DNA from: Protoeuglena noctilucae
Lineage: Eukaryota
Assembly (NCBI GenBank): GCA_958009085.1
Contig: OY253669.1
Location: forward strand, 1,240,001-1,304,000
Direction of reading: 5' to 3'
Length of the DNA: 64,000 bases
In this document: positions 37,013-49,400 of the stretch, piece after piece
How positions within the stretch are numbered: the first letter of the stretch is position 1
Layout of the letters: each line of letters begins with the position of its first letter
Made by a program: the position numbers and the translations under genes
Notes under the pieces: model-generated
Told to the model about the DNA's origin: nothing
Database searches by the model: none
What the model saw: only the letters and a program-made list of their open reading frames with translations

Positions 37013-40000
37013 ATGGGAAACTGCGCCGGTAGGCCTGCGGGGGAGACCGGGGACGCTGGCGTTCCGGTAGCGAGCCCTCCCCGGCACCGCCCATCAACTC
37101 AAGCGCGCCGTCTCCGAGCGCCTCCAGTCGGGACTCCATGAGGCCAAGCGCAAGCTTGAGGTGATTTACGCGCACCTGTCATGCCTATCTCACCTTGCAG
37201 CCCCGCGGCTCGCGTGTTCGGCGCCCCAGGGCTGCCCCTCCGTCCCGTGGTTGCAGAAATCAATTGAGCGCGTCTCATGCGGCGGCGGGAGCGGCAGTGC
37301 CGCAAACGACGAAACCGTGGAGAGGCCTGCGAGTGCGCAGCGGAGACTGTGGGCCGGCAAGGCAGCCCAGCCCAAGCTGGTCCGCGTTCACATGGATGTC
37401 GACGCCGATGAGGTGCGGCAGAGCTCCTCAGGCCTCTTCTGCGCCCTTCCCTGACCACTTCCCTTCCCGCACTCTTATAAACCCAACTTTACTCATTCCC
37501 TTGCCTCTCAGCTTGTCCGCGTGCGCATCGTCCCCGCCGGGGCAGCCCCGAAGGTCCCTCTGTGGAAGCTGGCCCGGCCCAAGGCACTGGAGAAGCCCAC
37601 CGATGTCCGTCCTCCCCTGGCCCCCCCCGCCGCCGCGCCGCTGCACCGCGTCTCCGGCGCCGCTTCCCGCCCCTCCGTCACCACCCCGCGATCCGAGCAT
37701 CGGTCCGAGCTTTTCTCATCGGAGGCCGGGGATGTTCGGGCCCGCCTGCCCTCGCCGGGGCTCACCAGCGCCGCCTCCACGCCCCTGGCCCCCGCGCTGA
37801 CCCAGGCGGAGGCCAGCGACGCAGACACGCCCTCCGGCCTGGGGCCTGGCAGCCGCAGCTTCGCCTTCCAGTCTCCCAACCTCCAGAGCTTCGACGATCT
37901 GCTGCAGGCGGCCCAGGTGCGAGACGCCTGGCAAGCATCGCCCCACGCGAGCGGGTGTCGTGCTGCAACATGCGTCCTGCGACACCGCGTGTCTGGACCT
38001 CCCACCCCAACGTGGTCCCTTCGCCCCCGTGTGCCGCAGTCGAGGTCCGGGCGCGCCGCCGAACCCGCACCTCGGACCGTACGCCACGCCCCCGTCCCCT
38101 ACATCGTGGGACCCGACTCAGCAGACCCACGCCCGGTGGACGAGGCCCGCGGCTCCCAGTCCCGTGGGCCGTCCGTGGCCACCGCAGCCACGGCCGTCAC
38201 GCCCACGCAGCGCAACGACGGCGATGGCGACGATGACGACGACCGCACCGTCTCCCAGAACAACGACGACCACTCGCCGGACCGAATCCATGCCTCACAC
38301 CTCGGGGCATCGAGCCCCGTCAACGCGGCTGCGGGCGGCCAGACGAGCCCGCCGGTGGCAGCCGGCCGCGTGCGGGTGCACCTCCCGCCGCTGCAGAGCC
38401 CCCCGGGCCCCCTCGGCCCGGTCGTGTCTGCGAGCCCCCCCACAACTGTCACCGCCGCCAGCGCCCTGACCGACCAAGACGAGGCCGGCGCCGCCAGCTC
38501 CGCTTCGCTGATGCTCCTGGCCGCCTCCGGGAACGCCCTCCAGGCCCAGGTGCCCGTGGGCGCGCACGAGGACGGATATGCCTCGGCAGACCTCACCGCC
38601 TCCGCCACCACACGCACCGGGAGCGGGGCCGTGCCGGACCTCCGCGAGTCCACCCAAAGCTCCGCCTCGTCGCTGGCGCGGTCGACCACCACGGGACGCC
38701 TCCTGACCGCGGCCAAGAGCCGCGCGGCCCAGCGCATCGGTGAGGGGGGCCCGGCACTCTCACCGACCATGCCATACTTGGGGCGGCGATCGCATCACCA
38801 CCCTCCTGCCTGTCACACGCTATGCCATTCTTGACCGCATCTCTCGCCTACATATCGGCTGTCTGTTGCCCTCTCTTGGCCGCCCTGTTACTCATACCAA
38901 CTCTGCCTTGCTTTCTCCTTGCAGCCCAGCGGTCGGTGTCCCTTCAGTCCGGCTCCTCGTCGTCGCCGAGCGACCGACCGGCTCCCTCCCGGACCCAGGG
39001 CGCCCTGCCCATGCTCAGCAGCCCCGCGCGCACCCTCACGGCCAGCACGTGCATGGGGTCGATGAAGGCGTGGCCCGTAGACCACCCCGAGGCGTCGGGG
39101 ATGACGGCACCGCCGCAGTCGATGAAGGCCTGGCCGGTCGACGTCTCGGGGACAACCGTCGGGCCGCCGCAATCCATGAAAGCGTGGCCGGTGGATGTGT
39201 CCGGGACCACTGCGGCCCCGCAGAGGTCGGTGCAGGCGTGGCCCGTCGACGCCTCGGGCGTCTCGGGGGCCACGTCGCTGTCGCGGGCCCCAGAGGCCTC
39301 CCAGGTCCTCGCGGGGAGCCCCATCGCAGTGTCTGCGGCCGCACAGATGCGCGCGGCGAACGCCCCGCCCGTCGCCGTCAGCAGCCCGGCTGGCTCTGAC
39401 CACCGGGGCCCGTCCGCGGGCCCCGCTGCTGCGCGCCCCAGTCGCCTGTCCATCGCTACGGGATCGCCGCTCGCCGGGACGCCCAAGTCAGGCACCCCGC
39501 AAGCGCCTGTGCACACGCCGGGAGGCACTCCGCTCAGCGGCATGTCGAGCGCCTGCATGGCGTTCGCGTGCGGGTCGAGCCTCGCGGGCACCGAGCCCCC
39601 CACGCCCGCGTCGGCCATGGTCGGTGCGGAGGGAGCGCCTGCCGACGCGGACTGGGCCCCCCGCAGTGATGGGCGGCCCTCCCTGGGGCACCTGTTCCGC
39701 AGCACGCTGGCGAGCGGCCCCACGTCGGGGGCAGAGGAGGCCGTGACGCCCTTCACGCGCGCGCCCCAGACCGCCGGGGACTCCCCCGGTGGCCAGTCGG
39801 TGAGTCTCCTGAGCATCTGTGCCTGCTCTGTAACTACGCGTGACTGCATGGCAAGCTCTGTATAGCAGGCATACATGCAGATAGGCTTTGCATGACAGGC
39901 ACCAATTAACGGGACCCTTGATGTGTTGCGATGGCCGCAGTCGGTGCCCTCGCTGGACCTTCGTGGCATCTCTCCAAAAGTGGAGGCGTCCGAGGGGGCG

Positions 40001-40183
40001 GTCAATGACGAGAACGTCGACACGATCTCGCCTGGGGTGGGCAGCGCGGGGCGCGCCCGGTGGAGCAAGCGGGTGGGCGCGGCCGTCAAGGCGGCGGTGG
40101 GTGGGCCCGTGCGGTCGGTGCTGGGCGCGGCCAACGGCGTGGCACGGACCGTGTCCGGCCGCGGGTCGTTTGCGACCGAGTGA
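37013..40183 (+). CDS. Hypothetical Ser/Pro/Ala-rich disordered protein with internal repeats and a possible N-myristoylation start (MGNCA); about 6 exons
   Basis: Consistent GT-AG exon chain ending in TGA at 40181-40183. The first exon needs a 1-nt frameshift near 37079 to join MGNCA to 'PGTAHQLKRAVSERLQ'. No family recognised. Confidence 0.55.
39058..39270 (+). repeat. Four copies of a ~57-60 nt coding repeat, QSMKAWPVDxSG(T/M)T
   Basis: SMKAWPVDH / QSMKAWPVDV / QSMKAWPVDV / SVQAWPVDA in ORF 38822..39865. Confidence 0.85.
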
Positions 40184-40400
40184 TGAAGTGATGTGATCTG
40201 CGACCATCTCTGTTCGAATTGAAAGCTGCGCTTACATATATGCCTGAGCCGGGCTACATGGCCCATCACGCACCACAGGGTGCGTGAGCACCACAGCGTC
40301 ACACACGCGTCATGTCGTGCGGCATCTCTAGCAACCTCTAGATGCTTCTGCCCAAGGAATCTTTCGCTGCTATCCGATGGCTCGGACGCCTGTCTGGTGT

Positions 40401-43400
40401 CTACTGGGCGCCGGTGAAGGAGAGGCGGCCCCGGCTGTCGACCAGAGCCAACCGGTGCTTGCCCTGATAGGGCGCGCCAACCACAGAGACCTGCCGGACC
40501 TCCCGCATCGGCAGAGCCACGCACCCGGCCGTCGGGATGACCACCTTGGTCGCCACCTGCATGTCCTCGTCGCCCGCGGGGCGCTCTGCGTGGAACGGGG
40601 CACACGCGTGCATGACCATCACAGTGCCATGCAGAGCCTCCATGCAGAGCCAGGCTACAAGCACGCCACAATCTCAGCACCAAGACACAAACAAAGACAC
40701 AAACATCCTGTTTACATTTGACTACCTCTTCCATTCTCTCTTTCTCTCTCTTACCGGCTGCCTCGACCTCCTTGGCAGGGACCGTGAGATCTTTGGCGTC
40801 AATCAGCCGCAGCACGCTGCGGTGGCCCGAGGTGAAGCACGCCAGGAGCGGGGCCTCCGCCCCGGGGACGTTGAGCACGCCGGACCCGACCGTGACCGTC
40901 TGGAGGATGCGGCCAGAGTCCAGGGACCACGAGGCCACCTGCAGGGAAAGGGCGATGTGAACGGTGGGTGGTGACGGCGAGGGTGGTGTACACGCAGATG
41001 TGCGACTTATGACCGTGGATGTGTATCATAGATATTCCACAGAGACATGGAACGTGCTGCATTGGTGCAGCCATGTGTCGCGACGACTGCGATTGAGATT
41101 GCGTGGTCAGCTACCCCGTCCATGTGGCTACCAAAAACCACTCGCCTTGCCCTCCCTGTCGTCGAAGGAGATGCAGACGCCGAGGCTCTCCATGACCGCG
41201 AGCCCCGCGACCTCCGAGGAGTGCAGCGACACGGTGAACTGACGCTCGCCGTTGGGGCCCCAGCTGCTGATGGCGCCCTGGTAGGTGTAGGACAGCAGGC
41301 GACCCGTCGACTGCGGGAGAGAGAAGGTGGCAGCGGAAGGGTTTGAGGCTTTGGGTGCTGATGCACGTACCGCTACCTTCAAGGCCCGCGGCCCATTCGT
41401 CGTAGCCAGTGTCTCACCAGCGCGATGCAGTTTTTGACGCGTGAGCGATGCGCCTCGACCACTCTCCCCCCGCCTGCGACACAAGCACGGCATGTCTTTT
41501 GCACTTTGTGACACACACGCATGGAGCGTAGTCATAGTTATCCACGCCCCCTTGCGCCTGACCTGACTGGGCGACGGGGCGGAAGTAGATCTGGCCCGTC
41601 TTGTCCCAGGTAACGACGTTCTCGCCCGCGCAGATGAGCCCCAGAGGCTCGCCGCTGTGGAGAGCATCCATGGACCGTGGGTCCCAAAGGTTCGTACCTG
41701 CATGGCAATGCCCAGACCGTACACAGGGTGAGTAGCAACGAGTGAAGGCGTGCACAGAATGTGTGCTTCGCAGTTGCTTCTCCGTCTTTGCTATCCCTCG
41801 CAGGCATGAGACACTCTCTTGTAGGGCAAGTTGAAAAGCCAATGTGCCGTTGTCGCGTCACGCACCCTGGTCGAGGTCCCACAGGATGACGCTCTTGTCC
41901 CGGCTGATCGTGGCGCACTTGGCGCCGTCGCCGACCGCCACCGCCGCCAGCACCACGCCCTGGTGGCCAACCAATGCCTTGCTCTCTCTCCCGGCGTCCC
42001 ATTCGTGTACCGTGAGGCTCCCGGCCGTGTCCCAGACGAGCACGCCCCTCTTGCCTGCGATCGGAAATTGGATAAGTCAATGTAAGGAATGGCCAAGGCC
42101 ATGCAGTGCGGCCAGGCTGACACTACTCCTAAGAGGGCTCAGGTGGCATGTTGCAGAGTGCCGGGCCACCCACCCAACCCAGATGCACCAACCACACCCT
42201 CCCTATCCCCCCCAGCCCCTCGCCTGGCAGGATGAGGCAGCCGGCCACGGACCACTTGCACTCGCGGATGACAGGCTCCTTCTCCAGGTCTTCCAGCAGA
42301 GCTGCCTGCTTGCCGCCCCACGCCACGACAGCGGTGCCCTCGGCGGAGACTTGCAGGCCCGTCACAGCGGACTGCGATCGATGGATGGAAGCGAGACAGT
42401 TGAATGTGTGTAACAAGCATTGACAACCCCATTTAGAAGCTCCCAAGAACGCCTAACCCAATGCCGGGCAATGCAGACGACTCACCGCCAGCTGCACCGT
42501 CGCTGCGCAGGTGCCCGGGCTGCCGACCATCTGCCATGCGCGGACGGTGCCATCCCACGACGCAGAAACGACCAGGGGCAGCCCATCCGCGGATTTGGCA
42601 ACCGCACACGTCTCGATCGCGGCCCTGCGCAGGTTGTCAGAAAAGAGGTAGTGTCAGTGTTGAAGTCATCAGTCTCAGCCTCAGCGATAACATAACATCG
42701 GCATGCCTCCAGGTACAAGCGCCCGCCACCACCCGCACTCACGTGTGCCCATTCGCGACGCCGATGCGCTTGCGTCGGTCCACGTCCCACAGCTCGATCT
42801 GCGGGGACCCCGCGGGCCCGCCCCACGCCGCCAGCGCGACCTTCCCGTTGGGCAGCGTGACCTCAGTGACCCCCGCCACCTTCCCACCCAGCATGGGCGC
42901 GTCTGGCTCCCCAGTCGCCTCGTCCGCCTCTGCCACCACGCCCACGTCCCACACCACAATGGCCTCCTCACTCCACGAGACCAGGCGGTCCTGCCCCACG
43001 CACTCGGCCCGAAGCACGTCAGAGGCGTGCTCGTCCAGCTCCGTCTCCACCACTGCGAGGGTGTGCGCCACGCGGACGGAGCTGTTTGTGAGAGGCATGA
43101 GCGTGATTGTTGCAGATGTTTTGTTGCAGGGTTGCAATGCTTGTTGCAGCGGCACTCTGACATGCGCTGTGAATGCCTGTCGAGGGCCTGAAACGGGTGG
43201 TGTTGGAGAGCAACACCAACGCAGGCGGGTGTGCTCACCGGGCCCGTTGTCCGGGACGTCAATGATCTTGACGACGTTGTCGAGGGTGCTGATCAGGCGC
43301 GTCGTGGAGCGCTCGGCGTTCCGCGTCACGGACAGGTGCAGGCGATTGGCATGGCCCCTGTGCATCCAAGTGTGGATGACCGCATCACTCACGTCCGCCA

Positions 43401-46400
43401 TCCTACGGATCTGCGGGAAGGGACATGCGGAGCTGTCTCGCGCATGCACCTGGCTTGTAACAAAGGCGTCGAAGCCAGTCCCGCAGGACAAGTGTTTTGG
43501 GCAACACATGGAGCAGAGACAGAGCCCGGTTCTGCCGCGCTAATCATCTCAATGCGCCGCTCGCCTGCATCCACGCCTCCGGCCCGGTGTCTGGCCCCTG
43601 CCGCGGGACCTCCACGATGCACACGTCATTGTGGCCGGGCAAGAAGGCGCTCTTCCACGTCGTCTGCTTCGTCTTGGGCTCGCGGTTGTACAGCCAGTAG
43701 GCCAGGTAGCCCGGCTCCAGCTTGTGCAGGATGGTGCCCGTGGCAATGTCGATCAGCACCGCGTTCTTGCTGCCCCACCTGCGCGCCGAGCAAAGCAAGG
43801 CAGCGTCGCACAGAGGTGAGATGCGATCCTAGCTACCCTTAGCAATCACAGGTCCAGGCATCGTCATCGCAAGCGCTGTGAAAGCCGGCCCTGTCGCCGA
43901 GGGTGCATTTGTGGTCTAATAAGTCAACCAGCATCCCCCACTCACCCCGACACGAACGCCCTGGTGCAGTCCTCGCTGACGCAGAGCAGATCGTGCTCCG
44001 GCGACCCGCACTGGGTCTTCCACACGAGCCCGGGGCTGGAGTCGAGGCGAGAGCCCCACTCCACGTTTCTCATGAAATCGTCGCCTTGCTCCAGGAACCC
44101 CACGTCCCACAGGAGGCAGTGGGCGTTGGCCACGGCAATGACGTGCCACCTGTTCTTGAACTTGAAGAAGATGGCCTGGTCGACCTTCCCGCTCGTGCCC
44201 ATGAGAGACACCAGGGGGCTTTTTTCCACGTTGTCCAGAGGCCGCTGCAGGGGCACGCGAGAGCGAGCGATGCGTCAGCAGGTCAGAAGAGCGGAATAAG
44301 GACTGCTTCATCGCTGGGCAATGGTGTCGCTTCATGCGACTCAGCAACCGCTGCGTCCGGCTTGGTTCACCGTCTTGATACCCTCTCATGTCTTGCCACA
44401 TCGCCATGGCTGCTCACATGCATGCAACCCAGCGACATTAACACCCTCACCTTCTCTTCCTTGGCTTTCTGCCGCTCTTTCTCTGCCTTCTCCACCGCCT
44501 CTTTCCGCTTCTCCGGGTCAGCTTCGTAAGGCATCCGGCCCTCGTCGGACAACCGCCAGATGTTGACGCAGCCCAGCGCGCCGTCGGGCCCGTACGCCAT
44601 GGCCATGCCGCCACCATCGATCAGAGAAACAAAGTTCACTGCAGGGGAGTGGTTGGCATAGTCACGCATGGATGCAACGACGTGACAGTTACTGCGATGA
44701 GACGGCTGAGGTGGAAGCGAGGTAGCAATGTCCATTAGGAGCAAGGCTGGCACGACATGACGGTGCGTGTGGGGTCGCCCCCGGTGCAGTGCCCCACCCG
44801 CTCCACGCGGCACCCACCCGAGGCCTCGTTGGCGAGCTTGCGGCCCACGGCTGTCCCGAACTCCATCGTCAAATCCCACACGATGACCACCCCGCGCTCA
44901 TTCTCCCAGGTCAGCGCCCGCCGGTTGCCGTCCATCATGTGGCAACCAATCACTTGGTGGTGCATGGCGTGGCCCTTCAGGATCATCGCGCGATCGGGCT
45001 CCTTGCGCCACTTCCACAGGTGGGGCTCCGCGTCCTTGTTGCTCCACAGGAAAATGGCGTCGTCGCAGGGCGTCACGTGGCACTCCTTCGCCGCGTTGCC
45101 CGGCCGCTGCCACGACGCCATCGTCTCGCCCGTGGCCACCTCCCACACCTGCGGAAGCACCAATGCGGGCCGAGACTCACACTACCTGGGCCCACAATGT
45201 CAGGACTGATCAATCAGGGCTCACACCCCCAGCCCCTCGCACCTTGATCCATCGGTCTTCGCCCCACGTGACGAGCATCAGCGCTCCCTGGGGCGTCTTG
45301 AAGTGCGTGGCGCCAACCACGGGTCCCGAGTGCGCGCGGAGCGTGCTCGCCGCCATCCCGCTAACCAAGTCCCACACTGCGGGCGCGTGTGCAGCATCAA
45401 AGCGTCAGGCATAGAAGCGCCCAGCGCGGGTACTCTGCCCATCTCGCACCCCTAGCAGGGCCTGCATTGGCACCCCTGGCCTGCATTGGCACCGCCCAGT
45501 CACTGCGCCCTCACCGATCACGGTCCCCTGCGCCCCCCAGGACACCAGTCGCTGCTCTGCCTCGAGGACCTTGCAACCGACGACGGCGCCCGTGTGCCCC
45601 TGGAGCTTGAAATACATGCGACCGAAGGCCTGGGACCTCGGGACGGCCGCAACGCCCGGCACTTGCGTGGACAGGTCACACACAGCTGCCGCGGGGGCGT
45701 GGAGTGGCGACGCCTGCGAGAGAGATGGGAGCAATGTATGTCAGGTGATGGCGCCTGACCGTGATCCTTACAGCGCTGTGGCAGGCGCGCGTATGCCAGA
45801 GCGCGGCCCATTCCTACATGCCGGCAAGCACCACGCACCTCGGGCAGGGCGACGAGGGTGGGAACCAGGAGATCCGGGCTGGCTTCGACGGCCTGGCCCA
45901 CCAGGCCCAGGGATCGGATGACGAGGGAGATGGTGCGGCACAGGGACTGGGCTGCCACTGACCCTGCTTTGCGTGCGGGCGGGTGGCGCGCAGCAGCTCC
46001 GAAAGCCTGCGGGCGTTACAGGGGCGGGCAATGTGAGCGTCGCGGCCATGCACATGCAGCGGCACCGGGGTTGCAAGTGGGTCGTGATATGATGAGAATG
46101 TCGCAAGCAGCCCATACCTGGCCGAGTGTTCGCGTGCCATCTGTAGGTCGAACACCGTCTGCAGGATGGGGATGGACACGACCAGAGCGGTGACGTCCGA
46201 CAGGGTCTGCTCGTTGCGATCGTCGCCCATGGCATTGATGATGGCGGCGGCGTGCGTCAAAGAGTGCTCTGCCACATACTCGGACATAGTGAGCGTCGGC
46301 AGAGGGTCCGCACGAGCCTCTGCGACCAGACGAGGTGAGACTCGCTCTTGGCTGCAGTGGCATAGCAACGTGGGCGACAGCTGCGCCATTCACCGCTGCC

Positions 46401-49400
46401 CTGGTTGCGGGTACATGTGTCCCGCCAGCCACGCACCCGCAATGCACTAGGCCAGGATGACGCGGTGGCCGATCGCAGGGTCCGCGAACCAGTCTGCCGC
46501 CGCCTCTCGGTCCGTCAGCCAGTCTGACACGCTCTTGTGGAACACTTTGGCGTACAGACGGTCCCTGGGGCCCTCCAGCTTGATGATGGTCTCCAGGCTC
46601 CCCAGGATGGCCAGCATGTTGCCCACGTCCGTGTCGCACATGCGGGCGAGCTGCGGGGGACGGGAGGACCAACAGCCATGGTCGTCTGGGTTCCAGCAGG
46701 GGTCTCGAGGCGCGACACGCAACAGTTGATGTGAGCACTGTCCCACAACAGTACGACGAGCACAGGCTCGCCGCAATCATGAGTATCGTGACTGCATGGG
46801 CCCACTTGGGTGAATAGCATAGGCTCACCTCCGTGACTAGCATGGGCTCCTGGGCGGCCATCATGGCTGGGAAGACCTTCTCCTTAAGCAGCAGCATGGC
46901 CCCATGCGATGAGTTCCTCACCCACCCAGACATGACCTGCAGGCGTGGGACAGCAACGCAGGCGATGGGTGCAGGGACCGATGGAACGGACCGGGCCTGA
47001 GCCAGCTGCCTTGCGTATACAGCGACTCAGTCCAGCCGCCTTGTACAGGATGAGCCAGTCTCAGTTAAGCCGCCCTGCTAACATTGAGTCAGTTTATGTC
47101 TGTACAGAACCCCGGTCACCCTGTCATAGGCGTCCTCCAGGGACTGCGGCAGCTCCACGGCGATGTCCTCGACCGCCGCGCCCTCCTCGAGCGATGACAG
47201 GAACTCTGCAATGCGCAAGGGACGACCCCGAAGTCACCTCGCCAGTGACCCCATCAGAGCCCCTCTGCTGATGAATGAGACCCGCTGGTTGCAATACATG
47301 GACAGACCTGGTTGTGACACATAAACAGCTCCCCTCGCTTCCCCAAGCAGTCCTCGCGGCTCCTCACCCGTGTCGTCCAGCACGGCCGTCGCGTAGGTGT
47401 AGGACCCCCGTGCGTTGCGCATGACAGCCGCAACAGCCGCGTCGAGCGCGGTCGGCGGCACCTCCTTCTTCAAATGGTGTCGCACGAAGGCCCTCAGGTC
47501 CTGCACGTTCTCCGGGCGGTCCGGGTCCAGGTCGTAGGTGTGGTAGGCCGCCTTGACCCGGTCCACCACCTCGGGGTACGGCCGGCTGGTGACCACCATG
47601 CGGACGTGGGGCGGGAGGCGCCGGAAGGACGACGTAATGAGCTGCAGGAGGCGGTTGCGGTCGGCCGTCTTGGCCGCCTCGTCGAGAGCGTCGATGAGGA
47701 AGACCACGGGGTGGTCCGAGGGCAGACCGGCGTTGATGGGGCCGGCCATGAGCTCCTCGAACAGGTCCTTCACTGAGAGCGTGTCCCAGTGCCCCGCGTC
47801 CTCCATGATCTCCTGCAAGTTGCGTAGGAGCTCCGAGGCCACCGCGGGCTCCCTCTCGGCCAGCTGGTACGCCTGCGGGAGGTGGGGCGGTGGGGAGGTG
47901 GGGCGGTGGGGCGAGGCGGTGGAGGGGCCGGGTGGGGCCGGGAGGACTGGGCAGGTGGGCAGTGGAAGTGCTGGTGGCGACGATGAGCGACAAACAAGCA
48001 GGCGAGGAAGTGCAACGAGAGTCCTGTACGCAACTAGCAAGCAAGGCGAGCGCCGTCAATTACTCTCACCAGTGACGCGATCATGTGTTTCGGGCTGGAC
48101 ATGCGCGTCGAGTCGTGTCGCGTGAAGTGGGCCGCGATGACCAGCTCCTTGCGCTCCTGGCAGAGCTTGGCCGAGAAGACCGTCTTGCCCATGCCGGGTC
48201 CCGCCGTGAAGAGGAACACCTGCGAGGGGGGCGTAGCGACAACCTAGCCGCACTCGTCGCACAGTGCGTGCAGACGCATCGCCAAAGGCACACCCAGCAG
48301 GGCAGGTTACTGCAGAGACAGTGAACAATACCTTTTCCTTCGACTGCGTCTTGGCTGCCTTGAACCAGTCGTCCACTTCCTTGACCAGCCAGTCACGGGT
48401 GCCATTCAGCAGGGCTCGCAGCCCGGCCTTGATCGCCGACCGTGGCATGGCTGGCTTCAGGATGGCGCGCACCTCGCTGAGCTCCTGCAGGTGTGAAGTA
48501 AAAAGGAGTGAGTCCACAGGAGCGTCGCAAGGGGCATGCACGTCGCGCATGGCAGGGACACCGGGACGCTGAGAGATTGACATGCGTGCTTACCATGCGG
48601 TGCACGAGGCTGATGACGTCCAGCGCCACCGAGCCCATGAAGACCTGCAGGCACCTCTCCATCGACAGAGGGACGCCGAGCCCCTGCGAAGGTGGGAGGC
48701 ATCGGGCGGTCTCCCTTTGCTCTCGGTTACGCTGACGTCGCATGGCAGTCGGGGTGATGCTGGAGAATTGCAGCGCGCATCCCAGCCCTCGCCTGCTTCT
48801 TGGCGTTCCGGACGGCCTCGTTCCAGAAGAGCAAGAGCTCCGCGCCCTCGACCACCCCGTCGTTCACGCAGTAAATGGCCGGCAGCACCACCAGGTCCAC
48901 GAAGAGCTCCTCTCCCGTCTTGGCAAAGTGGATGCCGGCACCAACCAACGCGTCCTCCATCCTGTGCCCCGCCTGGCTGATGATGCGCCCCACCTCGCCG
49001 CCCGCCATCGCCAGGGACTTGCGGAAGGTCGACATGCTGACTGCAGGAGCAATGGCCGAGAGCCTTGTCCGGCACTTGCACATCCACCCAAGGCAGCGGC
49101 AGGCTCGGGCCCCACACGCACGAACTGTAATACGCGCGAGGTTTGACCCCCCGCCGTCCGCGACGCACCTGAGGCCTTGGATCCGAAGACGCTAACCCAC
49201 CACCGCTTCATGTCGATGGGCAGGTCGTCTGGGAGCTCCGCCATTTTAGACTGCTCGGCGAAGTCACGGATCCCCGCCAGCACCCTGCAAGCATGTCGAC
49301 AGCATCAGTCAAACAGCCACGGAGCCACCATGCCACCCTGTTAGCGCTCCATCGGCACTGCTGCTGTGCGCCAGGCATCCCCCCAGATCAGGGTACCCTG

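Noticed and set aside
22274..40403. Simple full reassignment of TAG, or an ulvophyte-type TAR=Gln code
   Set aside because: TAG appears to end two genes at natural C-termini and TAA ends NDUFB7, so only dual-use, readthrough, editing or error models remain.
38944..40938. 664-aa minus-strand ORF
   Set aside because: It is one real WD40 exon followed by intron, UTR and the antisense shadow of the plus-strand gene; long shadow ORFs are expected at this GC content.
47878..47945. GGTGGGG-type repeats in an NLR-gene intron (possible G-quadruplex)
   Set aside because: Simple low-complexity sequence that serves as the C-rich tract before the acceptor on the coding strand; no evidence of another function.
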